A stretch of DNA of 63,101 nucleotides, filler included, from Octopus bimaculoides (lineage: Eukaryota), in assembly GCF_001194135.2 (NCBI RefSeq). It is 4 parts of 4 records of this genome, joined end to end, with 100 filler letters (N's around TTAATTAATTAA, not from the genome) between each part and the next. Parts side by side here need not be neighbours in the genome. Positions count along the whole stretch, not along the records: positions 35,411 to 60,469 come from NC_068981.1; 3 more parts are not named here. The stretch is one strand, 5' to 3'. Each line of letters starts with the position of its first letter. Within the stretch, counting starts at the first letter, position 1. Below, piece after piece: positions 37,088-48,755 of the stretch. The position numbers and the translations under genes were made by a program. Under the pieces are notes generated by a model. That model was not told the origin of the DNA. It searched no databases and worked only from the letters and a program-made list of their open reading frames with translations.

Positions 37088-37740
37088 AAAGTATTTCTCT
37101 CCCAAGAAATTATATCACATCGGCGTTAAAGGAGGAAGAAAGGTGTGATATAAAAGGTGAAGTTCCTTTCGGTATTTTGCATTGTACTATACCTCGTAGA
37201 ATTCTCCATCTACACATAATTTCCTTGGTACTCCAAAAACCATCCATACCTTGCCACGATTCAGTGTGTAGTGTTAAGTTGGTGGTTAAGAACAATATAA
37301 TAAAATGACAAGAACGAAATAACAATATAAAATAAAATGGGAATATAAACAGGATTTTATATTCCCATTTTATTAATCCCACATCACCAGTTCTGCTTAC
37401 CAAAAGTGGCCCACTTGGCACCGTGCATTCTTCGCAAGAATCGCGCAAAATAAATTCCGAACGATTCGTAAACAGGATTTTATATTCCCATTTTATTTTA
37501 TATTGTTATTTCGTTCTTGTCATTTTATTATATTGTTCTTAACCACCAACTTAACACTACACACTGAATCATGGCAAGGTATGGACGGTTTTTGGAGTAC
37601 CAAGGAAATTATGTGTAGATGGAGAATTCTACGAGGTATAGTACAATGCAAAATACCGAAAGGAACTTCACCTCTTATATCACACCTTTCTTCCTCCTTT
37701 AACGCCGATGTGATATAATTTCTTGGGAGAGAAATACTTT

Positions 37741-37807
37741 TGTAGCTGAAGATAGCTTTGTATTGTCAATTATACACTGATATAAAGCTTGAAACACGTG
37801 TACCGCA
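37741..37807 (+). ncRNA. Minimal type I hammerhead ribozyme motif (right arm of inverted repeat)
   Basis: TGTAG-CTGAAGA-T-AGCTTTGTAT..ATATAAAGCT-T-GAAA-CACGTG-T-A-CCGCA. Both core boxes intact, 10-bp helix II, palindromic helix III ACACGTGT, GUA cleavage triplet. Helix I has one mismatch and one wobble. Confidence 0.8.
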
Positions 37808-38309
37808 GAATCCTTTGTGTTTTTGTTGTTATTTTTTGCATTTACAATTTATTCTTTCACCTCAACCACGAGCTGGCATACACAGGTGCTTACAATTGTC
37901 AAGTATTGCCTCTAACTTTTACCTTACCTATATATATATGTATGTATGTATGAAGCAATGTGGCAGAAGTATTCAATTACAGAAATGAAATTGTTATCAC
38001 ATCTACAGGCATTAATTACTGTGTGGTAGAAGATTCACTTCAGATCTACAGTTTGGAGTCTGCTTTCATGGTGTGGATGCTGTTAGCTGCTGTCCTCAAC
38101 CATAGTAATGGGTTGACCAATATCTTGTGGTAAACATAAATGGAAACTGGAAGAAGTCCATTGTATGTGTGTGTATATGCATTCATGACCGAGTGCATGT
38201 TACCCTTGTTTTGTCATAAAAACCCATAAAAATGGCAATATTTGTTTGCAATCTTCCATGTGGAAACATAGGCCTAAAATAGTAAAAAGCACTATTTGAA
38301 CATGGTCGA

Positions 38310-38522
38310 TACCAGTGCCACTTGACTGGCCCCTGTGCTGGTGGCACATAAAAAGCACCCACTACACTCTCGGAGTGGTTGGTGTTAGGAAGGGCATCCA
38401 GCTGTAGAAACCTTGCCAGATTAGATCGGAGCCTGGTGCAGCCTCCTGGCTTGCCAGTCCTCAGTCAAACCATCCAACCTATGCCAGCATGGAAAGCGAT
38501 GATGATGATGATGATGATGATG
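38310..38522 (+). mobile_element. RTE LINE 3'-UTR fragment (GCSH intron 3)
   Basis: Same family tail, ending in (GAT)n. Confidence 0.75.
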
Positions 38523-39755
38523 AATGTGTCTCTAGGCTTTATAGAGGGACACCACCTGATCTGGACAGAGATTTTTCTTGATTCTGAGAGATCATCTGAA
38601 ATTGTGATGTCTAGCAATTGAGGCAACATTACTAAAGACTAGAGAGCTTGAAATATAAAGCTGTTTATTTCATATGAACACTGATCAAATCCTTGTGCTA
38701 TAGCCTGAGACTAGATTGATACATCTCATTTCAAAGAAAGTTGTAAGGTATCTGCCCATGAAGTCTACAAGTCTACTTATTATTGGCATGAATTATTCAA
38801 ATTACAAGTGGATGACATGTGCAGAAGGATTAAGTTAAGATTGAAGTGTAATATCATTTATACAGAAGTATGTATTATTAGACGTGACAACAAGTAGATT
38901 ATTAATATACAGAAGAATGCCAGATATTAACAAACTTTGGTGTACATCAACATTTGTAGAAGGAGGTCGGTAAGACCCTTGTCATAAACAATGTTACATT
39001 TTGTAAGCTACCACTTATGCAAACATATGCAGACACATGCACTAATTCAAGCAGTACCCATATCAATTTACCTATTCACTGCAGATATATAACTTCCATC
39101 CTCATTTTACCAACTGACTTGTAAATTTAGCAATTTACAAGTTTATTTATTGCATTTTTGTAAATTATCTGTGTTTCAGTGAAAATAGTATTTTTTGGTA
39201 TGAATTGTAATTGTATGCAGAATACTGCTTTTTAAATTTCAACTTCTAGCTTATGAAACAGTATGCAGAATCAAGACATAAAAAGGAAACTGAATTGTAG
39301 ATCTGTATAATATATACTAGCATGAAGATATAGACATAAATAATAATGATAAAGCATATTCAATTCCAGTTTGCTATGCCTCTATTAGTGTCACAGATAG
39401 GATACAGTGGAAGAGTCTGTCTTCCATTACCAATTCTTTGCAAGTATGAATTTTAACTTCTTGCACACTGTAGGTGCATCACGTCACTGTATGAGTTTTC
39501 TCCCCTGCAGCAACAGGGCAGTGGCAGGGGAAACAATTCTGGAGAAACTGTAGTGTGCTTAAAGGTTAAGACTTTTGTGAAGTAAATGTGATTTTTAACC
39601 TTCATATAGCTCTCAATGGTACAAGTATTATAAATACTTCATACAAGTGATATGAAGCAGGTATAATCAGATTGTTGTGGACTTACCAAATTCTAAACAT
39701 TCTCCTCTACATTTGATAAGATTATAGCAGAAATAAAAATGCATAACAAACTTAC

Positions 39756-39819
39756 GTCCTATCTTTAACTCTGTACCAATGTCGGGTAACGATACAAAAA
39801 CTATTTCACCAATAGCATC
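39756..39819 (-). CDS. GCSH: GCSH exon 3 (64 nt)
   Basis: CTTTCTAACAG acceptor and GTAAG donor. Encodes DAIGEIVFVSLPDIGTELKIG, matching the H-protein motif (E/D)ALGDVV(Y/F)xxLPxxG. Confidence 0.95.
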
Positions 39820-40511
39820 CTGTTAGAAAGACAAAGAAAAGATGTAAGTTCAAAAAATACAAAACAGGCAATACCCAAGTGGATAAGCTTTTGGCTTGGA
39901 AACTCAAAGTTCTGGATTTCTTTTGCTGAAATGTTTCATTATTTCTCAAAGCAGGATATTTGAATCTTTGGGTGATTGTTTACTTTGCAGTTCCAGTTCA
40001 TTGAAACACATATCATTAACAATGTGTAAAATAACTGATGTAATTTTCCCAATTATACATTTCAGTGGATTTGAATCCAAGTCTTTGAGCTGCTAGATCA
40101 ATACTATATCCATTTGGTATCTTTAGTAACTATATATAAAGTAAATAAGATACAGACTGGTCAATTTTTATATCTTTCAATTACCTGCTTTCTATCCTCA
40201 ATTTAATAAATAAATACATAAAGAAGCAAAGAGAGCAGCCCCAAAGAGCTGCTGTTTTAAAGCAGAAGAACTTGGTAAGGTGCTAGAAGGATACAGTTAT
40301 TTTTAAAAAGTTAAGTGTGACAAGCAAGACTGACAGATAATCATTGAAAGAGACTGTGATGAAAGGTTAATAATATATCAGTGATCATCATCATCTTTTA
40401 ACATCTCTTTTCCAGTCTGGCATGGGTTAGACTAGCAGTTCTCAACCATTTTTTTAAAACTATGTACCCCTCTGATTCCTATTTTATCCTGGTGGATCCC
40501 CATAGCCATTT

Positions 40512-41387
40512 CATCATCATCATCATCATCGTTTAACGTCCGCTTTCCATGCTAGCATGGGTTGGACGATTTGACTGAGGACTGGTGAAACCGGATGGCA
40601 ACACCAGGCTCCAGTCTAATTTGGCAGAGTTTCTACAGCTGGATGCCCTTCCTAACGCCAACCACTCAGAGAGTGTAGTGGGTGCTTTTACGTGTCACCC
40701 GCACGAAAACGGCCACGCTCGAAATGGTGTCTTTTATGTGCCACCCACACANNNNNNNNNNNNNNNNNNNNNNNNNNNNNNNNNNNNNNNNNNNNNNNNN
40801 NNNNNNNNNNNNNNNNNNNNNNNNNNNNNNNNNNNNNNNNNNNNNNNNNNNNNNNNNNNNNNNNNNNNNNNNNNNNNNNNNNNNNNNNNNNNNNNNNNNN
40901 NNNNNNNNNNNNNNNNNNNNNNNNNNNNNNNNNNNNNNNNNNNNNNNNNNNNNNNNNNNNNNNNNNNNNNNNNNNNNNNNNNNNNNNNNNNNNNNNNNNN
41001 NNNNNNNNNNNNNNNNNNNNNNNNNNNNNNNNNNNNNNNNNNNNNNNNNNNNNNNNNNNNNNNNNNNNNNNNNNNNNNNNNNNNNNNNNNNNNNNNNNNN
41101 NNNNNTCTTGGTCAGTAGTCATCGCCTCGGTGAGGCCCAATGTACGAAGGTCTTGCCTCACCACCTCAGCCCAGGTCTTCCTGGGCCTACCTCTTCCATG
41201 GGTTCCCTCAACTGTTAGGGTGTGGCACTTTTTCACGCAGCTATCCTCATCCATTCTCACCACATGTCCATACCAGCGCAATCGTCTCTCTTCCACACCA
41301 CAACTGATGCTTCTAATGTTCAGCTTTTCTCTCAAGATACTTACACTCTGACGGGTATTCACATTGACATTACACATCCAACGGAGC
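40512..41387 (-). mobile_element. RTE-clade LINE, 5'-truncated, partly gapped
   Basis: Reads ..LREKLNIRSI..ERRLRWYGHVVRMDEDSCVKK..GRGRPRKTW..; same 3' UTR and (GAT)n tail as 6548-7390. Confidence 0.85.
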
Positions 41388-41503
41388 TAGATTTATAGAA
41401 ACTTCTTCAAAAATTCCTATTTTGTTTTCCACACATAAACTTGTGGAGGTTGAACCATGTAAAATATTAGAGAAAGAAACCTAACTGTTTCTTGCAATAC
41501 ATA

Positions 41504-41910
41504 CATCATCGTTTAACGTCTGCTTTCCATGCTAGCATGGGTTGGACGATTTGACTGAGGACTGGTGAACCAGATCGCAACACTAGGCTCCAATCTGATT
41601 TGGCAGAGTTTCTACAGCTGGATGCCCCTTCCTAACGTCAACCACTCATAGAGTGTAGTGGGTGCTTTTACGTGCCACCGGCACGAAGGCCAGTCAGGCG
41701 GTAATGGCAACGGCCACGCTCAAAATGGTGTATTTTACGTGCCACCTGCACAGGAGCCAGTTCAGCGGCACTGGCAACGATCTCGCTCGAAAGTCCTTAC
41801 ACATGCCACGACACAAGTGCCAGAAAGGCGACACTGGGCACAGGTACCATCATGATTTCGCTTTCGCTTGCCCCAACAGGTCTTCGCAAGTCGAGTTTCG
41901 TGTCCAAAGG
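41504..41910 (-). mobile_element. RTE LINE 3'-UTR fragment
   Basis: Shares CATCATCGTTTAACGTC..CATGGGTTGGACGATTTGACTGAGGACTGGTG..GGATGCCCTTCCTAACG with the copies above. Confidence 0.8.
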
Positions 41911-42439
41911 GCCCTTAAAATACTACTGTGAATCCCCAATTTACTATTTTGTTGTGTGAACCCCAAAAACTCTTATATGGACCCTAGCTGAGAACCACTA
42001 GATCAGATGGTTTGACTGGAGCTAGTAAGCTGGAGAACTGCACCAGGCTGCAGTTTGTTTTGGTTTGGTTTCCACGGCTGGATGTCCTTCCTAATGCCAA
42101 CTACTCCATAGTGTACTGAGTGTCTTTAATGTGTCACTGGCACAGGTGCCTTTTTGTGTGTCACTGGTACAGGTACTTTAGCCTGTCACCAGCATAGGTG
42201 CCTTTAGCATGGATGAGATGCAACCTGATTAAGTGAGCCTAGGCTATAATAGAATATCATTAACATCAGGTCATTAATATTATATATTATTACAAAAATG
42301 ATGCATTATTCATAACTCACCTTTTCATACACAAAATATCCATTGTTCAGAGAATGGTTTACTGTTACTATTAAACTTGGAGTGGGGGCTAAATGTGGCT
42401 GATCACATTAGTGTACCATATAGGTTTTTTTTAAACCCT

Positions 42440-42675
42440 AAAGGGTTTTTTAGTCAAACAAATTGACTCCAGGACTTATAAACACACTAACACTGGTTGT
42501 CAGATGGTGGCGGGGGATAAACACAGACACACATATATATGATGGGTTTCCATCTACCAAATCCACTGCAAAGCCTTGATCAGCCTGCAAAGCCTTGATC
42601 ATGGTGCCACACAGTGGTACTGAACCTGGAATCATGTGGTTGGGAAGTAAGCTTCTTACCACACAGCCACACCTA
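42440..42675 (-). mobile_element. SINE family A (deleted)
   Basis: Partial family A motifs. Confidence 0.65.
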
Positions 42676-44489
42676 TAGCTTGTGTAGAATTTTTTGTTTC
42701 TTCGTATTGTTACAACAACACAAACCATAATTGAGGCAAAACAAAGAATAATCTGATCTTCCACTGTTTCTACTTATAGCATGCTACTTTGGAGTGTTGC
42801 GATCTTAATCCCAAGTCAGTCTTGATCGAGCAGACTTATGATCAAGGTGTGATCTTGCCTTTTATTCAGACCTAACTCAACATTATCCAGGGTGTTTGTT
42901 TATTCTATGATGGCAGAGCACGAGGTAAGAGAGTTTTCTATCAGACATAGCAACTATATAGATCCCCTCACTGGTTCATGAAAAGTTTCAAGCTTGCAGT
43001 GTCAATGAACACTTTCCCTAGGCTACTTGCATTGTATACTGCACTAATGCATGTAAAGCACTTCAAAGTATTAATCTTCTACAAGTATATAAACAACCTT
43101 ACTATATCTCTTTCCCACTTCTTAAATACTAAATCTAAAATTTTTAATCATTTAGTCTGGAGAAAGGGTAGTGCCCCTAACCCTTTTCAGGGCCTCTGGA
43201 GATTGGTGGGAGAAAGGAATGTTATCCTCAAACCAGAGGCCAACCCCGAATGCTTATAACATGAGTGGGCTTAACCCTTTGCCAGTCCAAAGCCTTTTCA
43301 AAAGTTTGCTCTAAACATCCATGCTCGTTTTCAGACTTTTAGTTAGCCCTTGTTTCATACATTATGAGTAATATAAAGCTTTCCTTTTATAAGTACCAAG
43401 TTACTTTGGTGACCAAAAAAAAAAAACAATTGGAAATGTGTATCATATATGATGCATGGATGTCAGGGAAATATGTCTTGTGCAAAGGGTTAAAGCACCC
43501 AAGAGACAAGTGTTGGTGTTAAACCAGGAGACAGATTACATCAACCACCCAAACAGACCATGGTGGAATTTGAACAAAGAATGCAAATGCAAAGATCCAA
43601 AACNNNNNNNNNNNNNNNNNNNNNNNNNNNNNNNNNNNNNNNNNNNNNNNNNNNNNNNNNNNNNNNNNNNNNNNNNNNNNNNNNNNNNNNNNNNNNNNNN
43701 NNNNNNNNNNNNNNNNNNNNNNNNNNNNNNNNNNNNNNNNNNNNNNNNNNNNNNNNNNNNNNNNNNNNNNNNNNNNNNNNNNNNNNNNNNNNNNNNNNNN
43801 NNNNNNNNNNNNNNNNNNNNNNNNNNNNNNNNNNNNNNNNNNNNNNNNNNNNNNNNNNNNNNNNNNNNNNNNNNNNNNNNNNNNNNNNNNNNNNNNNNNN
43901 NNNNNNNNNNNNNNNNNNNNNNNNNNNNNNNNNNNNNNNNNNNNNNNNNNNNNNNNNNNNNNNNNNNNNNNNNNNNNNNNNNNNNNNNNNNNNNNNNNNN
44001 NNNNNNNNNNNNTATATAGCCAGGCATTTAAGAAGGTAGTGAATTAGCAGAAGTGTGGCTCACATCCTATATACTAAAATCTCATTTTTTTAAACACTAA
44101 ATTTATTACTACTATCATCATCATCATCATCGTTTAACGTCTGCTTTCCATGCTATGTTAATTTGCTATCTATAAAGCATTACCTTTGTATAAATTTAGT
44201 TTTGGTGACTGAATACCACAGAATATTATTGTGTGTATTAAATATCAACCAATGAAAACTATTCAGCCAATTGAAGTACAATGCCATAAAGGTAAATACT
44301 GCTTCATCATTGTTATTCATGTTGCCAGACATTTAAAAACCTTGATAAAGGATGATACAAACATATATACAAATATACATATGTATGATTACATATACAT
44401 GCACATACATAAGTGTGTGTGTGTACATAATATACTTTTATATAATCTTGGAATGTCAGAAACTCCACGCTTCACAGTAATACTACGTT

Positions 44490-44705
44490 GTTCTAACACA
44501 ATGAGGTAACAGAATCAGTAGCATGCTAGGCAAAATGCTTAGTGGCATTTCATTTAACATTCCGAGTTCAAATTCCACCAAGGTTGATATTGCCTTTCAT
44601 CCTTTTGGGGTTGATAAAATAAGTTCAAGTTGAGTGCTGGGGTCTATTTGACTATCCCCCGTCCCCAAAATTGCTGGCATTGTACCAAAATTTGAAACCA
44701 ATATT
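44490..44705 (+). mobile_element. SINE family B
   Basis: Family B motifs, diverged. Confidence 0.7.
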
Positions 44706-44757
44706 ACTTTATTCTTTCTGCTATTCTTTTCACTGTTTGTGTACACACACACACACA

Positions 44758-44930
44758 CGAGGGGGTGCTGAAAAGTTCCTGGCTTTGGGTAAAAGAAAAT
44801 ACAGGGGAATCAGTTAATTATGTCTTTATTCAATATATTCCGTTCAGATTCACACACTTGTACAGCAGTCCTTTAGTTTTTCTAAGCCCTGTAAGAGAAC
44901 TCGGAACATTGGGCCTCCAACCAAGCCTTT
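44758..44930 (+). mobile_element. Mariner-type terminal fragment
   Basis: Begins CGAGGGGGTGCTGAAAAGTTCC, resembling mariner TIRs; no partner end found. Confidence 0.45.
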
Positions 44931-45070
44931 CATGGTTCCTATGGCTGGATGCCCTTCCAAACACTAATGCCTTACAGAGTGTGCTGGTTGTTCTTATGTG
45001 GCACTGCACAGACACTTTTACATGGTACCACACAGGCACTTTTTCATATATATATATATATATATATATA

Positions 45071-46165
45071 CATTAGGTTGTCAAGTATGAAATTTTTAGT
45101 ACGGTATCTGGTAAACTTTGACAGCTGCTCATTTTGCGCCATTATTATATTTTGACAACCTTTATTTTTCGTTAGAAGCTGACACATCTATTTCTTTATT
45201 GTAACTCATTTTGCGCTTTATAAAGTATTTATAAATGTTTTTTTGCTATTTTTGTTTAGAGATGGATAAGTCGGATATTCATACAGTTTTCAAAGGAGTT
45301 CTTTCTTGGAAATACAATATCACACACAAAAACTTACAAAAACACAGCTCGGAGTATTAATGGAGTATTTCATTCTAATGTTATTACACAGCAGACAGTA
45401 TCAAATTGGTTTGCAAAATTTCGTTCTGGTAACTTTGACCTCTCAAATGAGCAACACAGTTGACCAGAAACAAAGGTGGATAATGAACTGAAAGCCGTCT
45501 AGTCAGATCCATCTCAAAGTGCCCATGAATTATCGTTGTTGTTTAGTATTAGCAAGCAAACAATATTGACTCACCTAGTTCAAATAGGTAAAGTGAAAAA
45601 GTTCCACATGAACTCAATGAAAATCAGAAACAACATTTGGAAGCCTGCACTATGCTACTTTCTTGTCACAAAAATGAATCATTTTTTAAATTAAATTGTA
45701 ACATGTGATGAGAAATGGATCCAATACAACAACAATAAATGTTCAGCACAATGATGCAAAAACTTACAAAAACACAGCCTAGATTAGTCAACAGATCTAC
45801 TCCTATTTTATTGCAAGACAATGCCAGACCACACATTGCAAAAATGACACTGGTGAAACTATAGGAGTTGGAGTTGGAAGTTCTTCATCATCCACCATAC
45901 TCACTTGATCTTGCCCCCACTGACTACCACTTCTAGAATTTGGATAAATTTTTAATTCCGACAATGCTGTAAAACAGGCCTTTCAAGATTTTATTGACTC
46001 TAGATTGCCAGGCTTTTACAGTTCTGGGCTGGACAAGCTACCGCTTAAATGACAAAAGTGTATTGACAATATGGGTGCATACTTTGATGAATAAAACTCT
46101 TCCTTGTATTTATAAAACATTAGCATTTATTTTTCTGTTCTACAAATTTCATACTTTAAGAAGCA
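45071..46165 (+). pseudogene. Mariner transposon, decayed
   Basis: Left end TTAGGTTGTCAAGTATGAAAT with a partial match at ~46146. Residual motifs GNFDL, IVTCDEKWIQYNN, LLQDNARPH, HPPYSLDLAPTDYH and YFD; internal deletions and stops. Confidence 0.85.
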
Positions 46166-46224
46166 CACAAAAACAGTTAGATCAGGTCACTTGCTATGCA
46201 AGTACATCTCTGTAATATATATAT

Positions 46225-46712
46225 ATATACAAGAAGTCAAAAAGAGAAGGTCCCTGTCATTCGTCAACGAGGTAGTCAGCAAGAGGATGTCATAAAATCG
46301 GTCTTTCTGCCCATCAGGTAGCCCTGGTTGAGGGGCACAGGCCAAGATAATGGTTGCTAACCCACAATGTAGCACTAATCTAATCTTAAGTATTCTATCG
46401 CAGAATGACTACCTCGATTACCTTATCAACCCATTTCTCTGCAAGAAGTATACCCATGCCCCTGACCCCGTCAGTGTTCCCTGCCCAGAAAATCTAATAC
46501 CTATGTTCTCTACCTGTGAGGAACCTAGCAGAATTTCCTCTTCACCTTACTTCTTGGACGCAGCACAAATCTACACGTCTCTGCTCAAGCATCTCAACAA
46601 TCTCACCAGACCTATCTTTCAGTGTACCCACATTGAGTGTGCCAACACTGAGGGTGTGGGACGTGTGGGCCCGTGAGACCCTGGGATGGAGGACAGCAGC
46701 ATCATGTACCTG
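46225..46712 (-). pseudogene. RTE LINE apurinic endonuclease (APE) domain, decayed
   Basis: Reads ..LSVGTLNVGTLKDRSGEIVEMLEQRRVDLCCVQEVR* ..GMGILLAEKWVDKV.. YAPQ-like CAPQPGLPDGQKDRFYD; contains stops and frameshifts. Confidence 0.8.
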
Positions 46713-46975
46713 AAAAGGAAGTTCACATTTAGCAGAATTCATAAACAAACAATAGCCTTCAACCTGCATACACTACACCATCATTTTTATGTGCTATATG
46801 ATCATAACCTTACATAAGGAATAGACCCTAAGTAGGAGTGGGGATGGCATTCAGCCTTTAGAAGTGTTCATGGAAGACAGCCGAAGGATGTCAGGGGATA
46901 GGGAGTTCCGGAACTGGTGGTGAGGGTGGGAGGGTTTTTGCACCACAAAACAGCAATACTGGTGTTAGGAATAAC

Positions 46976-47580
46976 ATTAATAGTAGATAGAATGTAAAAA
47001 TCTTAGAATATACGGTCAGCCAATCTGTGACAAAATTAGAGAAATGACTAATTGACGATGTGACAAAAATAAATAGATGAATGAATGAATGAGTGACGAT
47101 AGGGTATTTGTGTGAACTTGAGTTTGTTTTTAAGACAGAAGACGAAAACTATGCGTACAGAACTAAGAGGGGATTATGATCTGCGCTGAAATAGAGGTGA
47201 TAGATGTACTGAGTTGAAGAAAAAACAAGATTCCTTATCTGAGCAACATCTTCTGGCTGTATTCTTTTGGCGGAGTTATTGAAATGTGGTAGGAATATGG
47301 GAGAGCAAGTTCATATAGAGTGGGATGGTGGAGGAGGAGGTAAGTGATTGAAGAAGCGAGTGGTTATTGAAAGAAGGAGAGAGAAAGAGAGAGAGAGAGA
47401 GAGAGTGATTGAGAGTGGTTATCGAAAGAGAGAGAGACAATGCCGGTGTTATGATAGACACGAGGGGGAGAGAAATAATTCTTTTGGGGTCTTTGTGAAA
47501 CATAATTTTAATGAAACAGCAAATTAATAGTAGATAGAATTAAAAAATCTTAGAATATTCGGTCAGCCAATCTGTGACAA
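46976..47580. repeat. 58-bp direct repeat pair flanking 489 bp
   Basis: 46976-47033 versus 47523-47580, 3 mismatches. Confidence 0.85.
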
Positions 47581-47586
47581 TGTATA

Positions 47587-47626
<40 letters not shown>

Positions 47627-47679
47627 AAACCCATACTAGCACAGACAATAGACATTAAATGATGATGATGATATATATC

Positions 47680-48062
47680 TTTTATCTTTTGCTTGCTTTT
47701 GTCATTAGATTGTGGCCATGCTTGGGCACTGACATGAAAATTTGTAGTTGAACAAATCAACCTCAGTATTTACCTTTTTAAGAATCGTATTTATTCTATT
47801 GGCCTCTTTTGCTGAACCACTAATTTACAGGGTCATAAACAAACCAACACCGAAGTGGTGGTGGGTGACAAAAATACAGATGCAAATACACACACACACA
47901 CACACAACGGGCTTCTTTCAGTTTCTGTATATGAAATCCACTCACAAGGCTTTGGTTGGCCCAAGGCTATAGTAGAAGAGACTTGTCCAAGGTGTCACAC
48001 AGTGGGACTGAACTGGAATCATGTGGTAAGGAAGCAAACTTCTTACCACATGCCAGCACAGC
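47680..48062 (-). mobile_element. SINE family A, ~80 nt downstream of GCSH exon 2
   Basis: Family A motifs on the minus strand. Confidence 0.75.
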
Positions 48063-48144
48063 CATATATGGCATTAAAATGATTTTAATGCAAATATAAA
48101 ACTCAGCTATAAAAATGTTTGGAATTATATGTAATGTTTCTTAC

Positions 48145-48224
48145 CTGAGCATAATCAGAAATCCCGATTGTTCCAACACCATTACTAATGGAAATCCATT
48201 CATGGGACTTGTTATAAAATCTCT
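48145..48224 (-). CDS. GCSH: GCSH exon 2 (80 nt)
   Basis: Poly-T tract, TTTAG acceptor and GTAAG donor. Encodes (E)RFYNKSHEWISISNGVGTIGISDYAQ, matching the H-protein HEW...GTxGISxxAQ motif; the 80-nt size agrees with vertebrate GCSH exon 2 as I recall it. Confidence 0.95.
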
Positions 48225-48516
48225 CTAAAGAAAAAAAAAAAGGAAAAAATAAACATGGAATACAGAATTTAAAAAAAGACTTGTGGAAATTGAGCACTTG
48301 TCTCTTTTGTTGTCAACCAAATGTAATTACTGATATTAATGTTGCTAGATCAAAATCTGTTGACAAAAAATGAATATATATATTCAATGCCAAGCATGAA
48401 GTAATTGTTATGTAGCGAAGAAAACAATGACTGATTTGTTCAGGCAGAAATATATTTTATAGGAAATCAGAAGGAAGATAGATCGAGATAAAGTGGGAGA
48501 GAGAGAGAGAGAGCGA

Positions 48517-48755
48517 GACAGAATGAGAAAAATGCAGGTGCAGAATCTTAAAATATTCTTAAGTATCATAACTGGAAAAGTACACAACAAGCAATAACAG
48601 AATGAAAAGTGCAGGCACAGAATTCTAAAATATTCCTAAGTATTGAATCTGGATAAGTACAGAACAAGCAGTAAAAGAATGAAAAATGTGAACACAGAGT
48701 GCTAGAATATTCTTATGCATTGAACCTGGAAAAGGACAGGACAAGGAGAAAAAGC
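48517..48755. repeat. ~78-bp tandem repeat x3
   Basis: AGAATGA at 48520, 48599 and 48676; CTGGA(A/T)AAG at 48572, 48649 and 48726. Confidence 0.8.

Larger units (their letters stand above)
36990..37838. mobile_element. 360-bp inverted repeat pair, Penelope-like pseudo-LTR remnant (head-to-head)
   Basis: Arms 36990-37349 and 37479-37838 are reverse complements with 7 mismatches counted by eye; 129-nt spacer. Each arm has a hammerhead. Flanked by TA microsatellites; the left end runs into an N gap. Confidence 0.7.
40433..42000. mobile_element. hAT-type MITE interrupted by two RTE insertions
   Basis: TIRs TAGCAGTTCTCAACC (40433) and GCTGAGAACCACTA (ends 42000). Decayed 8-bp TSD candidates GGTTAGAC and GATCAGAT (5/8 match). 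Confidence 0.6.
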
